A DNA stretch of 40,913 nt from Candidatus Peribacteria bacterium (GTDB lineage Bacteria > Patescibacteriota > Gracilibacteria > Peribacterales > Peribacteraceae), in contig JBEPVF010000013.1 in assembly GCA_041691135.1 (NCBI GenBank), positions 1 to 40,913 on the forward strand. The letters are read 5' to 3'. Under the pieces are notes generated by a model. It made no database searches. It was not told the DNA's origin and saw only the letters and a list, made by a program, of their open reading frames with translations. The translations under genes were made by a program, and so were the position numbers. This document shows, piece by piece, positions 1 through 9,182 of the stretch (position 1 is its first letter; the number at the start of each line of letters is the position of its first letter).

Positions 1-2
1 TA

Positions 3-2099
3 GATCCTTCGTCATCGAGTTCCAGCGCATGTACCAGTGCTTCCTGTGGATCGTCATCCAGTGTCGAATGTGTCTATGGCTTTGAGTGCACGTCGGGATA
101 TTGCGTGGGAGGCCATTGCACCGATCCGTCGTCATCGAGTTCCAGTGTTCAATGTCTGCATAATTACGAATGCCCGTCAGGTGAGTGCCGCGAAGGAACA
201 TGCACACTTCCCTCGTCGTCATCATCTTCTTCGTCATCACCCGGCAACGGTGCCCAATGCACCGGCAACGAATGTGGCAACGGTGGCAACAGTACTTGTG
301 CCCTGTTGAAAGGCACCGATAACCTGCCCATGCGCTGTGTGAACGACTCAAGCAATGTTCAATGCATACGCTGTGTGAACGCAACCGCTTCGTCATCATC
401 ATCGTCGTCTTCGAAATCTGGCAGCAGTTCATCCAGTTTCACTTGTCATGCCAATAACGAATGCAACAGCGGCCAGTGCAGCAATGGCCAGTGCGTCTCT
501 AGTTCCTCAAGTAAATCACCGACAGGAAGTTCCTGCCTTGGCTACGAGTGCGATTTCCTGGGTGGCAATGAACTGTGTGCGCAGCAACATGATGCCCTCA
601 ACCGCCCGCTTATCTGCCTGCCTGATCCGACGCAGTACGCCTGTATCCGGTGCGCTCCGCCCGGCAGTTGCATCTCCAACGCGCAGTGCGGATCCGGCAC
701 GTGTCAGAACGGACAATGTAACAGCAGTTCTGCATCGAGCACACGATGCATCTCGGGAACACAATGCCCGTCCGGCCAATGTAAAAATGGCACGTGTACA
801 GCCGTATCATCGTCCTCTTCTTCGTCTTCGTCCGCGCAACACTGCCAATCCGGCTCTCAGTGTCCGTCCGGTCAATGTGTGAATGGCCTTTGTCAGTCCG
901 GCTCTTCGTCGTCGGGCACCGCCTGCCAGGCGAATGAACAGTGTCCGTCCAAAAAGTGCGTTGGCGGCACGTGCGTTGATGAATGCAAAATCGCCGCCGA
1001 TTGTCCCTCGGGGCTCTGCATTAAAAACACTTGTATCGATTCGTGCCAGCTCTGTCCGTCGGGTCTGTGTAAAAATGGCACGTGTCTGACGACGTGCAGC
1101 GGAACGCAGCAATGCGCGACAGGTGTCTGCACAAGCGGCATCTGTTTGACGGAATGCACTGCAACCGTGCAATGCGCAAACGGCGCTGCATGCCAAAACG
1201 GTCGGTGCGATACCACGTTCCGTTGCGGCAACGGCCTGCTTGATACCAGTGAAGAATGCGATGACGGCAACACACGCGATCTGGACGGTTGCACCGCCGA
1301 CTGCAAACTGGAACACGGTTCGTGCGGCGACGGGAAAGTGGAAGTGCTGCTCGACGAGCAGTGCGAACCGTCGCTGATGAATCAGTCGTTGCCGTACGAT
1401 TGTGATGCCAAGACGTGTCATTTCCGGTCGAAGTTCTGCGGAAACGGAATGGTGGATGCCGGTGAAGTATGCGACAACGGCGCCGGCAACAGCGATACGC
1501 CGAGCACGACACAAAACGGCTGCCGCACCGATTGCTCCGCCCCGCGCTGCGGCGATCGCATCATCGACAATGGCGAGCAGTGCGACGACGGCAACCGCGT
1601 GGCCGGGGATGGCTGCGACCGTTACTGCCGCAAGGAATCGCCGGCCGCCGGGCTCGACTCCATCGTCAAAACCATCGATCTTCCGCTCCTCACCGGCCTG
1701 GCCGAATGCACGGCAAATGATCAATGTGTATCAGGCCTCTGTCTGCAAGGGAAGTGCGCCCAGTGCACCGATGGAAACCAGTGCCCGTCGGGCGAATGTC
1801 AGCAAGGCATCTGTACCGGCAAATTGAATGGCGCTACTTGTAACAACGGCACGGAGTGCCGATCGGGTTTGTGCGAAAACGGCATCTGCACGGCTCGGAA
1901 GAATGGCGAGAGCTGCACGCAAAACGCGCAATGCCTGTCGAACCACTGCATCAACAATATTTGCAGCGACGGGAGCAACCTCCACACGCCAAACGGCAAG
2001 CCGCTCACCGGATCCGGCCCGGGCGCCGTCGCCATTGTCGTGGCTGGGGCGGCGCTAGGTATCGTGCTGGTGAGACGAAGACTGTTAAGGAAGATTTAG
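3..2099 (+). CDS. 5'-truncated Cys-rich surface protein: poly-Ser linkers, CxxxxxCxSGxCxxGxC modules, Myxococcus-type Cys-rich (DUF4215-like) repeats, C-terminal anchor
   Basis: Frame is open from base 3 (DPSSSSSSAC...), so the true start lies before the window. CGNG..E.CDDGN..DGC..C repeats at ~1224-1630. Ends in PLTGSGP + hydrophobic stretch + RRR. Confidence 0.9.
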   Translation, partial: DPSSSSSSACTSASCGSSSSVECVYGFECTSGYCVGGHCTDPSSSSSSVQCLHNYECPSGECREGTCTLPSSSSSSSSSPGNGAQCTGNECGNGGNSTCALLKGTDNLPMRCVNDSSNVQCIRCVNATASSSSSSSSKSGSSSSSFTCHANNECNSGQCSNGQCVSSSSSKSPTGSSCLGYECDFLGGNELCAQQHDALNRPLICLPDPTQYACIRCAPPGSCISNAQCGSGTCQNGQCNSSSASSTRCISGTQCPSGQCKNGTCTAVSSSSSSSSSAQHCQSGSQCPSGQCVNGLCQSGSSSSGTACQANEQCPSKKCVGGTCVDECKIAADCPSGLCIKNTCIDSCQLCPSGLCKNGTCLTTCSGTQQCATGVCTSGICLTECTATVQCANGAACQNGRCDTTFRCGNGLLDTSEECDDGNTRDLDGCTADCKLEHGSCGDGKVEVLLDEQCEPSLMNQSLPYDCDAKTCHFRSKFCGNGMVDAGEVCDNGAGNSDTPSTTQNGCRTDCSAPRCGDRIIDNGEQCDDGNRVAGDGCDRYCRKESPAAGLDSIVKTIDLPLLTGLAECTANDQCVSGLCLQGKCAQCTDGNQCPSGECQQGICTGKLNGATCNNGTECRSGLCENGICTARKNGESCTQNAQCLSNHCINNICSDGSNLHTPNGKPLTGSGPGAVAIVVAGAALGIVLVRRRLLRKI

Positions 2100-2169
2100 G
2101 CAGAGAGATGTAGGAAAAATTCTTCAAGACACTCACTGATTTCTTTTCCTTTGAATCTCTTGAATCTTT

Positions 2170-2694
2170 TTACCGTACTATCTTCCATCCCTCCCCCACT
2201 TGATGCTGCGCCACATAGCCGGCGGGAACTTCGAGCGCACTGCCGACCGGCGCGGGAGATGGATAGAGAGCACAACTGCTGTCGTCATTTGATGTACAGG
2301 GCTGCATCGCAATGCTGGTGATGAATGAACCGTTCGCATCGAAGTACAAGATGTCCAACGGAATGAGCGTGTCCTTCATCCAAAAACTGACCGGCCGCGG
2401 CGGATCGAACGGGAAGAACATGCCAGCGTCATCGGCAAGCGTCGTGCGATTCATCAATCCTTGCTCCTGTTGTTCGGTTGTCTGTGCCACTTCGGCATTG
2501 ATGGTCAGAGACTGACCACTCGGGCTCAGCAACTTGATCTGTTGAGTTGCAAAACTCGCTGACGAAAAGGCCGAGGAAGATACCATGGCATCTGATGCGG
2601 ATGCAGAGGAAGCTGACTGCTCTTTCGTAGTGGTCGATGCACAGGCGACAAGCAACGCGCTGGTCAGGCCAAGGGCGATGTAATTCTTTTGCAT
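2170..2694 (-). CDS. DUF192-family lipoprotein
   Basis: Lipobox LVAC, Ser-rich linker, motifs EVAQT..QQEQGLMNR, GMFFPF, FWMKDTLIPLDILYF, ALEVPAG. Confidence 0.88.
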   Translation of the reverse strand: MQKNYIALGLTSALLVACASTTTKEQSASSASASDAMVSSSAFSSASFATQQIKLLSPSGQSLTINAEVAQTTEQQEQGLMNRTTLADDAGMFFPFDPPRPVSFWMKDTLIPLDILYFDANGSFITSIAMQPCTSNDDSSCALYPSPAPVGSALEVPAGYVAQHQVGEGWKIVR

Positions 2695-2724
2695 ACAAGC
2701 GAGTGGAATTGGAAATAAATCGGA

Positions 2725-3378
2725 CTAAGAAGCTGAACCTCTCAAAGCCGCGATCGCTTTGGCCCGGTCCGTCGCTTTAAAAATATAACTGGCAGAGACC
2801 AAATTGTTGGCTCCGGCCTGCAGACATTGCACTGCCGTCTTGTCGTCGATACCACCGTCCATTTGAATCATCAGATCCGGTTTGCGCTGGCGTAGCACGC
2901 GCACTTTATCCAGCACATCAGCAATAAATGACTGGCCGCTGAATCCCGGGAAAACGGACATGACCAGCACCAGATCGACCAGATCGATCACGTCTTCAAT
3001 CGCATCGACAGGTGTGCTCGGATTGATGGCGATACCCGCCGTCGCCTTCTCCAGGTGAATCGCTTCGATGAGAGCGCGCCGCGCTTCGGTGTTCTCGACC
3101 GCCTCGGCATGGAACGTGATGTTCTTGGCGCCGATCTCCAAAAACTCTCGCACGCGATCGGCGGGATTGGTGACCATCAAATGAATATCCAACGGCAATT
3201 TGGTGCGCACGCACTTCATCACCGGCGCACCGAACGAAAGGTTGGGAACGAAGTGTCCGTCCATCACATCCACCTGAATCCAATCCGCATGCGGCTCGAT
3301 AGCATCAATCTCGTCCTGCAGATGGCCGAGATCGGCCGAGAGGACGGAGGGCGCGATAATGATCGACGAGGCTGTCAT
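2725..3378 (-). CDS. rpe: Ribulose-phosphate 3-epimerase
   Basis: IAPSVLSAD, DVMDGHFVPN, DIHLMV, VMSV.PGF.GQ.F, MDGGI. Start moved to ATG 3378, which has -10 TACTAT 6 nt upstream. Confidence 0.96.
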   Translation of the reverse strand: MTASSIIIAPSVLSADLGHLQDEIDAIEPHADWIQVDVMDGHFVPNLSFGAPVMKCVRTKLPLDIHLMVTNPADRVREFLEIGAKNITFHAEAVENTEARRALIEAIHLEKATAGIAINPSTPVDAIEDVIDLVDLVLVMSVFPGFSGQSFIADVLDKVRVLRQRKPDLMIQMDGGIDDKTAVQCLQAGANNLVSASYIFKATDRAKAIAALRGSAS

Positions 3379-3460
3379 GTGGTTATAGTACAGGAGGGAA
3401 ATTAAAAAATGATAATGGACAATTGATAAGTATGAGCATGTCTGTCCTGAGAATGTTTTC

Positions 3461-3922
3461 CTAACTCTCAAAGAACGGCACTTTTCCGCCCGGCTCAATG
3501 TCCTGCACGCGAGCAACGTGCCTGCCGCCTTCGAAGGGAGTAGAGAGGAATGCATCGACCATCGCGATTGCATTCTCAGGTGTCGTCATCCGGCCGGCAA
3601 GACTGATCACATTCGCATCGTTATGACTACGCGCCAGCTTGGCATCTTCCACCGTCAGACACCGAGCCGCACGAATGCCCGGCACTTTGTTGGCCGCAAT
3701 CGCTTCGCCTTGTCCCGATCCGCCGAAGACGATCCCCGGCATCCCCTGCTCCACCACCCACGCGCACCCGCGACGAATGATGGCCGGGTAATCGACTGAT
3801 TCCTCCGAAAACGTTCCCTCATCTATGACATCGAAGCCTTTGCCTACCAAATGGGCTTTAATTGCCTCTTTCAGCTTATAACCAGCATGATCGGTTGCAA
3901 GAACGATGCGAGAGAACTTCAT
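3461..3922 (-). CDS. rpiB: Ribose-5-phosphate isomerase B (RpiB/LacA/LacB family)
   Basis: DHAGYKLK, SVDYP, GGSGQGEAIAANK, ARSHNDANV, FEGGRH. Start at ATG 3922. Confidence 0.94.
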   Translation of the reverse strand: MKFSRIVLATDHAGYKLKEAIKAHLVGKGFDVIDEGTFSEESVDYPAIIRRGCAWVVEQGMPGIVFGGSGQGEAIAANKVPGIRAARCLTVEDAKLARSHNDANVISLAGRMTTPENAIAMVDAFLSTPFEGGRHVARVQDIEPGGKVPFFES

Positions 3923-4022
3923 GATTTCTATCCTAGCAGAAGTTCGCTCAGTGCGTTCCTTTTCATTATTCAGCACCAAAAAAGATCACATCTACTTGCC
4001 AAAATGTGATTTTTATTAAAAT

Positions 4023-7000
4023 ATGTCTCCTCATTCCATTTGCCCTATGCAGCAGTTCATCTCTTCGCCGCGCTCCCGTATTGGCCCTCGGGATACAATT
4101 CTTCCTCAAACGCCCGCTGAATCGCCGGCAACAGACACGACGCGACGTTCGTTCAAGAGCAGGATCAGTGGTTTATTCGGCAATGTAGCGACGAAAGAAA
4201 AAACTGCGACGATCCCGCAGGTACATGACAAACTGCGAGAAGAGCTGAAAGATTCCAACGGCAAGCGATTCTGGGTTTATGGCGAGGCAGCTGATGTTTT
4301 GGCCGAAAGTTTATTGTCCCAAGAGCAACCGACCTCCGTCGGGGTTGTGGCGGTTGGTGAACAAGCGAATAAGAAAATCAAAGCGACTATGGACGAGTTA
4401 GCTCAAGCAAATAGCGGCAGAGTCGTTCATCAGCACATCGCCAGACCATCCGATAAACAAGAGAAAATGATGAGCGATAATCCCAAACTGAAAAAAGAGA
4501 TCGAAGCGTCGGTGAAGAACCAAAGCGAAATCTCAAGCGAAGTGATCTGGGATCAGCTGGCAGACTTGGAGGATCGCCTGGAAAGACTGCCGAACCTGCG
4601 TGTGCACATCGGTCATTTGCGTAATATGACAGCGAAACAATATGAGGAGTTGCAACGCCTCATGAAAAAATTCAATGTAAGACCTAAATGGAACAAAAAG
4701 CGTGTCATGCGGTTGGAGTATGAAGGGCCCGCGGTCAAACCGGTTTTCATCGTCCCAAAGCCTAAAAAAGGCTCCAAAAAAACTATCTGGCTCTCTGCAC
4801 CTGTGAATCGTCCTAAGATTGAAGATAGAGATAAGGATGTTGATGAAGAGATGGAATTGTGGGTCGACAATGCAAGCGTGGAAAAAGATGAGCTAGATGA
4901 TGATTTCCTCGATAATCTTCCTCGCGGTCTGTCGCATCGAGACGACAGAGCTACAGACGAGCACCCATTTCCGATTGATGATGAAGAGGACGAAGCGCTT
5001 AATGCAGAATTCGCATCCTCTGGCTCCACGTTGATAGGAAAGGACTCCGAAGTGAACCTAGAAGCTCTCTCAGGAATTGAGATCTCCGTTGAAGATTCAG
5101 GATCCGATTTCGAGCGATCTGCCAGTGATTTTGATTTCTCTGCGCTCTCTCCCAGTGATTCAAGTATCAATGCTCTTGATGCATCATTGGGCTCCTCCTT
5201 CGATGACTCTGCGAGGATTGAATTTGGTGACGATTCAAGCGCTGAAGTCACGGCATTGGCCAGTGAACCTACTAAGGTGGTACTTACGGCTAATGAAGCT
5301 ATGAGCACGAGTAACCCCGAAGCGAACGGCCATGTTTCCCCCGTTCTCGCACCTGAAGAAATTGTCGATACGGAAAGCGATGATGATTTCGTCCGCGCAC
5401 CTTCCGAGGAAATTTCTGAACCAGCATCAACGACGCTTGGCACCACAATCACGAACGAAAACGACGATGCTGAGCAGACGATTGATGGCGATGAAGCAGA
5501 GAGTGCTAGAGAAGACCCGGAAGATGCGCTGAGTGCAGTGCTACCGGAAGATTTGGACGGTGAAAATATAAGTGTTGAGGCACTGCTCGGTGAATTGTTC
5601 CCCGAGGATGTAAATAGAGATGCTTTGGGTGATGATAATGTAGAACACGTGTGGAACGACAACGTTTCTCTGGTGCACACGGGATCAGCTGATTCGGATC
5701 TTTTACCAAAATTTGAATCCTACATCCATGAACATTCGACAACGGATGGCGCTATGCATGAAACGAGCGGTCCTATGAGTCAGCTCAATGATAAGGAACT
5801 ACAAGCACTACTTGCTCTCTTGAATGGAAATTCAACCGAGAGAATCCAAGCATTTTTTGCATCTGATGCAGTCAAAGATGCTACACCTTTTGTCGACTCC
5901 CCAGCGACGACTGAAGCGTTTGGTTCAAGCCATGAGAATGGCAACGGCCATATCTCGCCAACACCTGTAGCAAAGCCTACGTTACAGCTCACATGGAATG
6001 GAAAAGTTGAGACTCCCGAGGAAGTGATGGTACTGCCGGGCAACGGTCGCATGTCCCCCAGCCCAGCAGATAGGGAAGCAATTGCCTTGGTCGATCTTAT
6101 GAGAGATACAAATGGAGCAATACATCACCATGAAGAAGCGACAGAAGCACCATTTCAACTCCAGCTCGAGTGGAATGGCATAGTTGCGGCTCCTGAAGAA
6201 ATGATTGCATCGAACAGCAACGGCCATGCTTCTCTGCTTCAAGTGGATTCGCAAACAATTGCTCTGGCAGAAGCTCTGTTGGCCCGAGGAAGAAATGGAG
6301 CAACGAATCATACAGGAATTGACACTCCATCATTCTTGAAACAGCTCACAGGAAATGGAGTACGAACACAAGAAAAAGCAGGAACTCCTGCAGAAATGAA
6401 AGCAGTCTATAGTCCTCCGTCATTTCCGCCACAGATCACGTGGAATGGAGTAGAGACAGAAGAAGTGACCTCTGCAGAAGTACTGTCACCTCCGAGCAAC
6501 GCTGTTTCAGTCGTGGCAGAAACCACGCACAATGATGAGGGAAATGATGAGGGAATCGAGGCTCTGTTGAATCGCATAGCACAGCAGCCGGGGACTTCCG
6601 TTGAAGAAGGACTGCTCCCATCACATAGCGGTGTTGTTGTCGAAGCTGTACCCAAAGAACTCATCGCGCCTGCTTCTGCTGATAAGGAGGTTGAACCACC
6701 GATCGTTGATCCCGTTGGACAACTGGAAAATATATATGAACAAGCCTCACAGGGAACAATCATGGATGTATCTCATGCCTTACTAAAGGCTGCTCTGTTC
6801 AATGAGGAGTCGTATGACAGAAGATTAAGAGCCGCATTTAAGCTGCTGCAAACATCTAATCTGCGTTACGAGAACGAGACTGATCGGGATAGGCTAATGC
6901 TCTTACATGGAGAAGCGTTGGAAGGAAGCAAATGGAAATTAAATCTTGATGAAGTCCTGGCATTCAGCAATGACGGGATTCTCGGTCTTGCGGATAAAGA

Positions 7001-7160
7001 GGAAGCGCAGCAGCTGGAGTCAGAAAGAATGAAACGCAAGTTATCAGATAAGGAAGATCCATTTGTAATATATGCACCGCAGTACATGCCAACTAAGCCA
7101 TCAGTTGAACCGAAGAGAACAGGTCTTCGACGGCTCATAAGGTTCTTAGTACGGCGATAG
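4023..7160 (+). CDS. Large acidic, low-complexity hypothetical protein with internal Q[LI]xWNG repeats
   Basis: 1045-codon ORF, D/E/S-rich centre, no recognisable catalytic motif. Start may be 4023 or 4047. Confidence 0.8.
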   Translation: MSPHSICPMQQFISSPRSRIGPRDTILPQTPAESPATDTTRRSFKSRISGLFGNVATKEKTATIPQVHDKLREELKDSNGKRFWVYGEAADVLAESLLSQEQPTSVGVVAVGEQANKKIKATMDELAQANSGRVVHQHIARPSDKQEKMMSDNPKLKKEIEASVKNQSEISSEVIWDQLADLEDRLERLPNLRVHIGHLRNMTAKQYEELQRLMKKFNVRPKWNKKRVMRLEYEGPAVKPVFIVPKPKKGSKKTIWLSAPVNRPKIEDRDKDVDEEMELWVDNASVEKDELDDDFLDNLPRGLSHRDDRATDEHPFPIDDEEDEALNAEFASSGSTLIGKDSEVNLEALSGIEISVEDSGSDFERSASDFDFSALSPSDSSINALDASLGSSFDDSARIEFGDDSSAEVTALASEPTKVVLTANEAMSTSNPEANGHVSPVLAPEEIVDTESDDDFVRAPSEEISEPASTTLGTTITNENDDAEQTIDGDEAESAREDPEDALSAVLPEDLDGENISVEALLGELFPEDVNRDALGDDNVEHVWNDNVSLVHTGSADSDLLPKFESYIHEHSTTDGAMHETSGPMSQLNDKELQALLALLNGNSTERIQAFFASDAVKDATPFVDSPATTEAFGSSHENGNGHISPTPVAKPTLQLTWNGKVETPEEVMVLPGNGRMSPSPADREAIALVDLMRDTNGAIHHHEEATEAPFQLQLEWNGIVAAPEEMIASNSNGHASLLQVDSQTIALAEALLARGRNGATNHTGIDTPSFLKQLTGNGVRTQEKAGTPAEMKAVYSPPSFPPQITWNGVETEEVTSAEVLSPPSNAVSVVAETTHNDEGNDEGIEALLNRIAQQPGTSVEEGLLPSHSGVVVEAVPKELIAPASADKEVEPPIVDPVGQLENIYEQASQGTIMDVSHALLKAALFNEESYDRRLRAAFKLLQTSNLRYENETDRDRLMLLHGEALEGSKWKLNLDEVLAFSNDGILGLADKEEAQQLESERMKRKLSDKEDPFVIYAPQYMPTKPSVEPKRTGLRRLIRFLVRR

Positions 7161-7237
7161 CCGGGGGCTGAACGCGAGGATTGCCCTTCGACAAGGAACG
7201 GCCAGCTTGTATGATAGGTACCCGTACCGCCTATCTC

Positions 7238-7951
7238 ATGCGAAAACCACTCATCGCCGCCAACTGGAAAATGAACCCCGCGCCGGATGATTTCGATGCG
7301 CCGGATACGCCATACCGTCCGACTGAACATATCGACGTTATCGTATTCGCAACGGCGACAGACCTGAGCATTTGCATCGCCGAAGACATTCACACTGGCG
7401 CACAGTTCGCACGGCCCGAGAACAAAGGCGCGTTCACCGGTGACATCAGCATGGCTCTGATTCAAGAGTTGGGTTGTCGCTTCGTATTGTGCGGACATTC
7501 GGAACGACGACGTTACCATCAGGAGACTGACGAGTTTATTGCCGAGCAAGCCAAGTCCGCATTGGCACATGACGTGCATCCTGTCGTCTGCATCGGCGAG
7601 ACAGAGCAGGAGCGAGCGGACGGTAAAGAGAAAGAAGTAATCAAGCGTCAGCTATCGTTGCTGCCGAAAGGAATCACTATCGCCTATGAACCAGTGTGGG
7701 CCATCGGCACGGGCAAGACCGCAACGCCGGAACAAGCCCAAGAGATGCACACGTTCATACGCTCATTGCTACCCGATGATGTGCGCGATTCCACTCGCAT
7801 CATTTACGGCGGTTCGATGAGTCCAGCGAACGCCGAATCGCTCCTGTTGCAGGCGGATATAGACGGCGGACTCATCGGCGGTGCATCACTTAAGCCTGCT
7901 GAGTTCGGCGAGATTGTGACCATTGCACGCCACACAGCAGAAAGACTGTAA
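7238..7951 (+). CDS. tpiA: Triosephosphate isomerase
   Basis: ANWKMN, GHSERR, AYEPVWAIGTGK, YGGS, GGLIGGASL. Start at ATG 7238, below a TCGACA-N16-TATGAT promoter (7188-7215). Confidence 0.96.
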   Translation: MRKPLIAANWKMNPAPDDFDAPDTPYRPTEHIDVIVFATATDLSICIAEDIHTGAQFARPENKGAFTGDISMALIQELGCRFVLCGHSERRRYHQETDEFIAEQAKSALAHDVHPVVCIGETEQERADGKEKEVIKRQLSLLPKGITIAYEPVWAIGTGKTATPEQAQEMHTFIRSLLPDDVRDSTRIIYGGSMSPANAESLLLQADIDGGLIGGASLKPAEFGEIVTIARHTAERL

Positions 7952-8021
7952 AACTACACGCGAATCACGAAATTCGAATTTCATTCGTGCTATACTGTTT
8001 CTCTTGTCCCCCTTAATCGCC

Positions 8022-8789
8022 ATGGAATTCCTGTCCTTCTATCCTATCGCCGTTGCCGTCGTCATCTTTGTGCTCTCGTGGATCAGACAGATCAATCAGT
8101 ACGAGCGCGGGATCGTATTCACGATGGGAAAGTACAGCAAAACATGGAGTGCCGGTTGGCATATTCTGGTTCCGGTTTTTCAGCGACTGATGAAAGTGGA
8201 TATCCGCGTCAAGACGGTGGATGTGCCGGATCAGGAAACGATCACGAAGGACAACATTCCCATTCACATCAACGCCGTGCTGTACTACAAGATCTCGAAT
8301 GCCGAGAAGGCAGTGATTGAAGTCGAGAACTTCAACTATGCCGTGAGTCAGCTGGCGCAGGTGACGATGCGCAATGCAGTGGGCGAAGTGACGCTCAACG
8401 AACTGCTTTCGAACAAGCAACAGATCAGCGAGCGCATCCAAACGCAGGTGGATCATGTGTCCGAATCGTGGGGCATCGATGTGCAAAAACTGGAACTGAA
8501 AGATATCGTGCTGCCCGAGAGCCTTAAACGTACGATCGCCAAAGTCGCCGAAGCCGAGCGCGAAAAGCAGGCCGTGATCATCAATTCCGAAGGCGAAGTG
8601 GGAGCGGCGGCCAACGTCGCCAAAGCGGCCAAAATGCTGGCCGAATCTCCGGGCGCGCTCCACCTGCGCACACTCCAGAGCATCAACGATCTCAGCTCGG
8701 ATCAGTCGAACACGACTGTGTGGATGATACCGATCGAAGCGCTGCGTGCATTGGAAGGGATTGAAGGACTTGCGAAAAAGGTAAAGTAA
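8022..8789 (+). CDS. SPFH/Band 7 (stomatin/slipin) family membrane protein
   Basis: N-terminal TM, QYERGIVF, QETITKDN, LAQVTMRN.VG, WGIDV..LELKDI, AEAEREK, LRTLQ. Extended -10 TGcTATACT at 7988-7996. Confidence 0.92.
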   Translation: MEFLSFYPIAVAVVIFVLSWIRQINQYERGIVFTMGKYSKTWSAGWHILVPVFQRLMKVDIRVKTVDVPDQETITKDNIPIHINAVLYYKISNAEKAVIEVENFNYAVSQLAQVTMRNAVGEVTLNELLSNKQQISERIQTQVDHVSESWGIDVQKLELKDIVLPESLKRTIAKVAEAEREKQAVIINSEGEVGAAANVAKAAKMLAESPGALHLRTLQSINDLSSDQSNTTVWMIPIEALRALEGIEGLAKKVK

Positions 8790-8891
8790 TTTGCGAGTCT
8801 GGAACTCAAAGAGAACAGGATTAAAGCCTGTGGTTTCTGCAATGAATCTTGCAGATAAACGTCATAGCATCCACCTTTCCCCACTCTTTCT

Positions 8892-9179
8892 ATGAACCCA
8901 GAATTATATGAACCCAAGGATCCTCAACCCGAGACTCGCACCGAGCCCGTGACGCATCCGAATCCAGTGGAAGAACCGGACATGAGGAACGAACTCGACG
9001 CAAAGAAAGAGCAAGCACAGAACACGGCACATGACGCATTGGATACAGCTGCTACGCTGCGTAAGACGACAGAAGAACAGGCCGAACGATTACAGCGTCG
9101 CGCCAAGGAAATGCAGGAGCGCGAAGAAGAAGTAGGACCGGTGCTCAAGAAAATCGAAACGCTGGGCCGAGCCGCGTAA
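8892..9179 (+). CDS. Small coiled-coil hypothetical protein
   Basis: 95-aa E/Q/A/K-rich ORF filling the gap between SPFH and the convergent dprA. Confidence 0.65.
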   Translation: MNPELYEPKDPQPETRTEPVTHPNPVEEPDMRNELDAKKEQAQNTAHDALDTAATLRKTTEEQAERLQRRAKEMQEREEEVGPVLKKIETLGRAA

Positions 9180-9182
9180 CGC

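Noticed and set aside
4613-5680. 355-aa Ser-rich antisense ORF, and similar long shadows (807-1724, 8013-8663, 32929-33738, 34592-35284, 39495-40106)
   Set aside because: Antisense or out-of-frame shadows of well-supported genes, explained by codon bias
8836-8855. Palindrome TCTGCAA-N6-TTGCAGA
   Set aside because: Single short IR with no U-tract or second copy noticed; cannot be assigned as operator or terminator
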